Source: an uncultured Flavobacteriales bacterium (GTDB lineage Bacteria > Bacteroidota > Bacteroidia > Flavobacteriales_D > Parvicellaceae). From it: a stretch of DNA of 64,000 nt. The position numbers were made by a program, and so were the translations under genes. Location of the stretch: positions 91,505-155,504 of the forward strand of contig CALSRM010000002.1 in NCBI GenBank assembly GCA_943788755.1. The letters are read 5' to 3'. The notes beneath the pieces are model-generated. The model searched no databases. It had not been told where the DNA came from and worked only from the letters and a program-made list of their open reading frames with translations. Below, piece after piece: positions 60,651 through 64,000 of the stretch; the first letter of the stretch is position 1; each line of letters begins with the position of its first letter.

Positions 60651-61469
60651 TTATCCTAGTCCAACATCTAAAGCAAACATTAAAATAAACCCAACCATAA
60701 ATCCTACGGTTGCAATATCAGTAAACCGATCTCTTTGTGATTCAGGAATAACTTCCTCAACTACAACATATATCATTGCTCCGGCAGCGAAGGCTAAAGC
60801 ATAGGGGAGTATAGGTTCAAAATAGATTACAGCCGCAGCTCCAATAACCCCAAAAATTGGTTCTACAATAGCCGAAAGTTGTCCGTACCAAAAACTTTTT
60901 CTTCTCGAAACACCTTCTCTGCGCAAGGGCATGGCAACTGCAAACCCTTCTGGGAAATTTTGAATAGCGATCCCAATACCTAAAATCATGGCCGTATTAA
61001 TAAGCGTAGGATCTCCCATCGAAGCTCCAAAAATAACACCCACCGCTAACCCTTCAGGAATGTTGTGTAAAGTTATAGCAAGAACCAATAAAGTTGTTCT
61101 ATGCCATTGGGTCTTAACTCCTTCTGCTTCCGAATCTTTAAAATTTATATGTAAGTGTGGCATTACTTTGTCCAATCCAAATAGAAACAGAGCGCCCAAT
61201 AAAAAACCAAATACAGCTGGCCATACTTGTGTAAAGCCATCACCGTCAGACATGTCAACCGCCGGCCCCAATAAACCAAAGCAACTGGCAGCAACCATTA
61301 CACCTCCAGTAAAACCGAGCATTCCATCTAAAACGGCTCGGTTCAGTGTTTTAAAAAAGAAAACCATCGCGGCACCTGCTGCTGTTACGAACCAGGTAAA
61401 TGTTGTTGCAATTAATGCCGCTAATATCGGGTTAATGCTTAAGAAAAAATCCACTAAAGAATTCCACAT
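60651..61469 (-). CDS. ZIP-family divalent metal transporter (ZupT-like)
   Basis: Eight hydrophobic segments. HNIPEGLAVG and QNFPEGFAV signature motifs. Confidence 0.88.
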   Translation of the reverse strand: MWNSLVDFFLSINPILAALIATTFTWFVTAAGAAMVFFFKTLNRAVLDGMLGFTGGVMVAASCFGLLGPAVDMSDGDGFTQVWPAVFGFLLGALFLFGLDKVMPHLHINFKDSEAEGVKTQWHRTTLLVLAITLHNIPEGLAVGVIFGASMGDPTLINTAMILGIGIAIQNFPEGFAVAMPLRREGVSRRKSFWYGQLSAIVEPIFGVIGAAAVIYFEPILPYALAFAAGAMIYVVVEEVIPESQRDRFTDIATVGFMVGFILMFALDVGLG

Positions 61470-61475
61470 AGCTTT

Positions 61476-62132
61476 CTAATTTGTCTGAACTAAAACATTT
61501 TGAGCAACTCTTTCTGAAATATTTAATTCTTTACCGTTAATTGATATCCTAAGGCTTTTGTCAAAATCATGAATTTCTAATACGATAATATTTTTTCCTA
61601 AAATCATGTTTTCTTTTTCCAAGTATTGAAGTAACTGCGCAGAAGAATCTTTCACTCCAATAATAATTACATCTCTATTTACCTCAACTTCAGACAAGTA
61701 ACTTCTTTTTCTAAAGTCAGTTATTTCATGATCCTTATTTGGAATAGGATCTCCATGTGGATCAAATTTGGGGTTACCTAGAAAGTCATCCAATCGATCC
61801 ACTAATTCGTTCGATTTTATGTGTTCTAGTTGTTCAGCAATTTCGTGTACTTGATCCCATTTAAAATTAAGTTTGTTCACTAAAAATGTTTCCCACAATC
61901 GATGTTTTCGAACAATACTTAGCGCTATAATTTTACCATTTAAATTTAAGGAAGCTCCTTTGTATTTTTCATAATTGACCCACCCTTTATCAGAAAGTTT
62001 TTTCAACATATCTGTAATACTAGATGCCTTCATGTTTAAATGATTCGCTAAAGCATTGGTGCTTGCGCCGTTGTTATTATAAGATAATGCGTAAATAGCT
62101 TTTAGATAATCTTCTTCAGATGAGGTTCTCAT
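61476..62132 (-). CDS. DtxR/MntR-family metal-dependent transcriptional repressor
   Basis: SEEDYLKAIY start, HTH (NALANHLNMKASSITDMLKKL), metal-site region (HEIAEQLEH) and an SH3/FeoA-like C-domain. Confidence 0.85.
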   Translation of the reverse strand: MRTSSEEDYLKAIYALSYNNNGASTNALANHLNMKASSITDMLKKLSDKGWVNYEKYKGASLNLNGKIIALSIVRKHRLWETFLVNKLNFKWDQVHEIAEQLEHIKSNELVDRLDDFLGNPKFDPHGDPIPNKDHEITDFRKRSYLSEVEVNRDVIIIGVKDSSAQLLQYLEKENMILGKNIIVLEIHDFDKSLRISINGKELNISERVAQNVLVQTN

Positions 62133-62181
62133 GGTGGCTTTTTTGCGAATTTATAAAAAATAATTCATTTGTATTTAAAAA

Positions 62182-62203
62182 ATATTTAGTTTTGCCTAAA
62201 TAT
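62182..62203. promoter_or_regulatory. candidate DtxR/MntR operator: ATATTTAG-N6-CTAAATAT, overlapping a TAgtTTTG -7 box
   Basis: 8-bp perfect inverted arms with TTTTGC between them. TTAG..GCCTAA resembles the DtxR-box core. The -7 box at 62187-62194 lies 30 nt upstream of the TonB receptor ATG. Confidence 0.45.
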
Positions 62204-62223
62204 AAGTTACAATCAGACTAATA

Positions 62224-64000
62224 ATGAGGTTTGTTAACATCCTTTTTTTTATTTTTTATATCACTTCTTTGTTAGGCCAAGAAAGGATAATAAGTGGAGT
62301 TGTAACCTCTTCAAAAGGAGAGTCGGTTCCATATGCTTCCATCTATGAAAAAGAGCAGAATATTGGAGTCTCAACGGATGTTGATGGGAATTTTTCTATT
62401 CAATTGACTAAAGGAAAGGTAGATTTAATTGTTACTGCCTATGGATTTTCTAATTCATTTTTTTCCGATAAAATACATAATGATACTTGTTTAAACATTG
62501 TATTAACAATTTTGGAAGATATACTGGATGAGGTTGTAGTTAGTGGAACAATGCTTTCAATATCAAAAAAAGACAGTCCCATTCCAATTGAAGTGTATTC
62601 TGCTGAATATCTTAAAAAGGTTCCTACACCAAGTATATTTGAAGCTACTCAAAATATTAATGGTGTTCGTCCTCAAATTAATTGTGCAGTATGTAATACA
62701 GGAGATATTCATATCAATGGAATGGAGGGACCATATACAATGGTAACTATCGATGGAATGCCTTTAGTTGGAGGTCTGTCCACTGTTTACGGATTACAGG
62801 GTATTCCTAGTAGTTTATTAGAGAGAGTTGAAGTAGTGAAGGGCGCAGCATCAACTTTATATGGTTCTGAGGCCGTTGCCGGGTTAATTAATGTTATAAC
62901 AAAAGACGTTAACTCCACTTCTGATTTCGCGTTTGAAAGTTCTGCAACTACTTGGAACGAATATCAATTGGATGGTCATATAAAGTATAAGCTAGGAAAA
63001 GTTAAAAGCCTTTTTGGAGCTAGTTATTATAATTACACAAAACCAATTGATAATAATGGAGATAATTTTACTGACGTCACACTAAAAGACAGAATTTCCT
63101 TATTTAATAAATTCAGTTTTGAAAGAAAAGACAACCGGTTTGCTACTATTTTGGTTAGGCTAATGAAAGAAGACCGATGGGGAGGTGAAATGCAATGGGA
63201 TGATTCTTTTAGAGGGGGAGATAGCCTTTATGGTGAGTCCATTTATACGAATAGGATAGAAGTTGTTGGTAATTATGAGTTACCCTTAAAACCTCGAATA
63301 ATTGTTAGTGGTTCATATAGTTTTCATGATCAAGATTCTTATTATGGAACTTTATCCTATCAAGCAAAGCAACATATAGGCTATGGTCAAGCGGTTTGGC
63401 ATCAGAATATAAATACACGTCATGCTTTGCTTACTGGTCTTGCTTTGAGGTATAATCATTATGATGATAATACATTTGCTACAGAGATTACTGATTCATC
63501 TATTTATTCAAATACACCTGATGAATGGGTTTTGCCAGGGTTTTTTATTCAAGATAATTTTAGGTTAAACGAAAAGACGAAGGTTCTACTTGGGGGACGC
63601 TATGATTATCATTTAAAACATGGAAGTATTTTTACCCCACGTTTAAATATTAAAGTTGACCCAACTTCGAAAAGTGAAATAAGAGTGGGTTATGGCAATG
63701 GTTTTAGAGTGGTGAATCTATTCACTGAAGATCATGCTGCCTTAACCGGTGCAAGAGACGTAGTTGTTTCAGAGGATCTTCGCCCAGAAAAGTCACACAA
63801 TATAAATTTAAATTATGTGCACCGTATCAATACGAATAAAATGTACATGACATTTGATGCTTCAATTTTTCATACGAATTTTTCAAATAAAATAACTCCT
63901 GATTATGAAACGAATGACAAGCAAATAATCTATTCTAATTTGGATGGTTATGCCATTTCGCAAGGTATATCATTGAACGCACGCATACTATTTAATTTTC
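62224..64000 (+). CDS. TonB-dependent receptor with N-terminal CarboxypepD_reg-like domain (runs off the window end)
   Basis: Not in the ORF track. ATG at 62224, MRFVNILFFIFYITSLLGQERIISGVV.... Plug motifs are INCAVCNTGDIHINGMEGPYTMVTIDGMP and VEVVKGAASTLYGSEAVAGLINVITK. Checked codon by codon to 62760 and read through as barrel-like sequence (…ISQGISLNARILFNF) to the window end at 64000. Confidence 0.85.
   Translation, partial: MRFVNILFFIFYITSLLGQERIISGVVTSSKGESVPYASIYEKEQNIGVSTDVDGNFSIQLTKGKVDLIVTAYGFSNSFFSDKIHNDTCLNIVLTILEDILDEVVVSGTMLSISKKDSPIPIEVYSAEYLKKVPTPSIFEATQNINGVRPQINCAVCNTGDIHINGMEGPYTMVTIDGMPLVGGLSTVYGLQGIPSSLLERVEVVKGAASTLYGSEAVAGLINVITKDVNSTSDFAFESSATTWNEYQLDGHIKYKLGKVKSLFGASYYNYTKPIDNNGDNFTDVTLKDRISLFNKFSFERKDNRFATILVRLMKEDRWGGEMQWDDSFRGGDSLYGESIYTNRIEVVGNYELPLKPRIIVSGSYSFHDQDSYYGTLSYQAKQHIGYGQAVWHQNINTRHALLTGLALRYNHYDDNTFATEITDSSIYSNTPDEWVLPGFFIQDNFRLNEKTKVLLGGRYDYHLKHGSIFTPRLNIKVDPTSKSEIRVGYGNGFRVVNLFTEDHAALTGARDVVVSEDLRPEKSHNINLNYVHRINTNKMYMTFDASIFHTNFSNKITPDYETNDKQIIYSNLDGYAISQGISLNARILFNF

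Noticed and set aside
60988-61479. 163-aa ORF antisense to the ZIP transporter gene
   Set aside because: The sense strand has clear ZIP motifs. The antisense product is a low-complexity P/K/A-rich string with no start context.

Overview
AT-rich chromosomal segment that looks like Bacteroidota, probably Flavobacteriia or Cryomorphaceae-like. Supporting signs are many secreted proteins ending in T9SS-type C-terminal sorting domains, TAnnTTTG -7 promoter boxes, the rpmB/rpmG/DUF4295/ftsY neighbourhood, and frequent ATGA/TAATG start-stop coupling. Content is mostly housekeeping: glpK-glpD, hemE, yidC, lhgO, rpmB, rpmG, ftsY, rimO, an exonuclease-fused dnaE, trxA, era, der, rfbA, ribH, recF, a DEAD-box helicase, tRNA-Asp and initiator tRNA-Met. 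Interspersed are T9SS cargo genes, small lipoproteins and a metal-uptake locus (DtxR/MntR-type repressor, ZIP transporter, divergent TonB-dependent receptor). I saw no transposase, integrase, phage gene, CRISPR array or rRNA. The most interesting region is a tightly coupled seven-gene minus-strand operon at 39197-45467. It carries three divergent cryptochrome/photolyase-family (CPF) paralogues, an ORF absent from the ORF track that looks like DUF2256, a TIGR03643/DUF2805-like ORF, an orphan ORF and a frameshifted FAD oxidoreductase. One CPF paralogue starts directly with the FAD-binding domain and has an alpha/beta-like domain at its C-terminus, so it may be circularly permuted. Another is a COG3046/FeS-BCP-type protein with no cysteine in its last 118 residues. 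Other points are listed here. (1) A 3.85-kb T9SS adhesin gene carries at least four frameshifts and is flanked by related short repeats. (2) A T9SS gene sits between rpmB and rpmG, with an 8-bp tandem repeat abutting its ATG and an internal 2 x 204-bp duplication. (3) The NUDIX gene start is duplicated over about 58 bp around a roughly 290-bp spacer. (4) A perfect 28-bp palindrome lies upstream of dnaE. (5) A DtxR-like palindrome overlaps the -7 box of the TonB receptor gene. (6) Single frameshifts affect an aminotransferase, an MMPL transporter tail and an Smr protein tail. All calls rest on reading the sequence and ORF track and on motif recognition from memory. No search was run, and frameshift positions are approximate.
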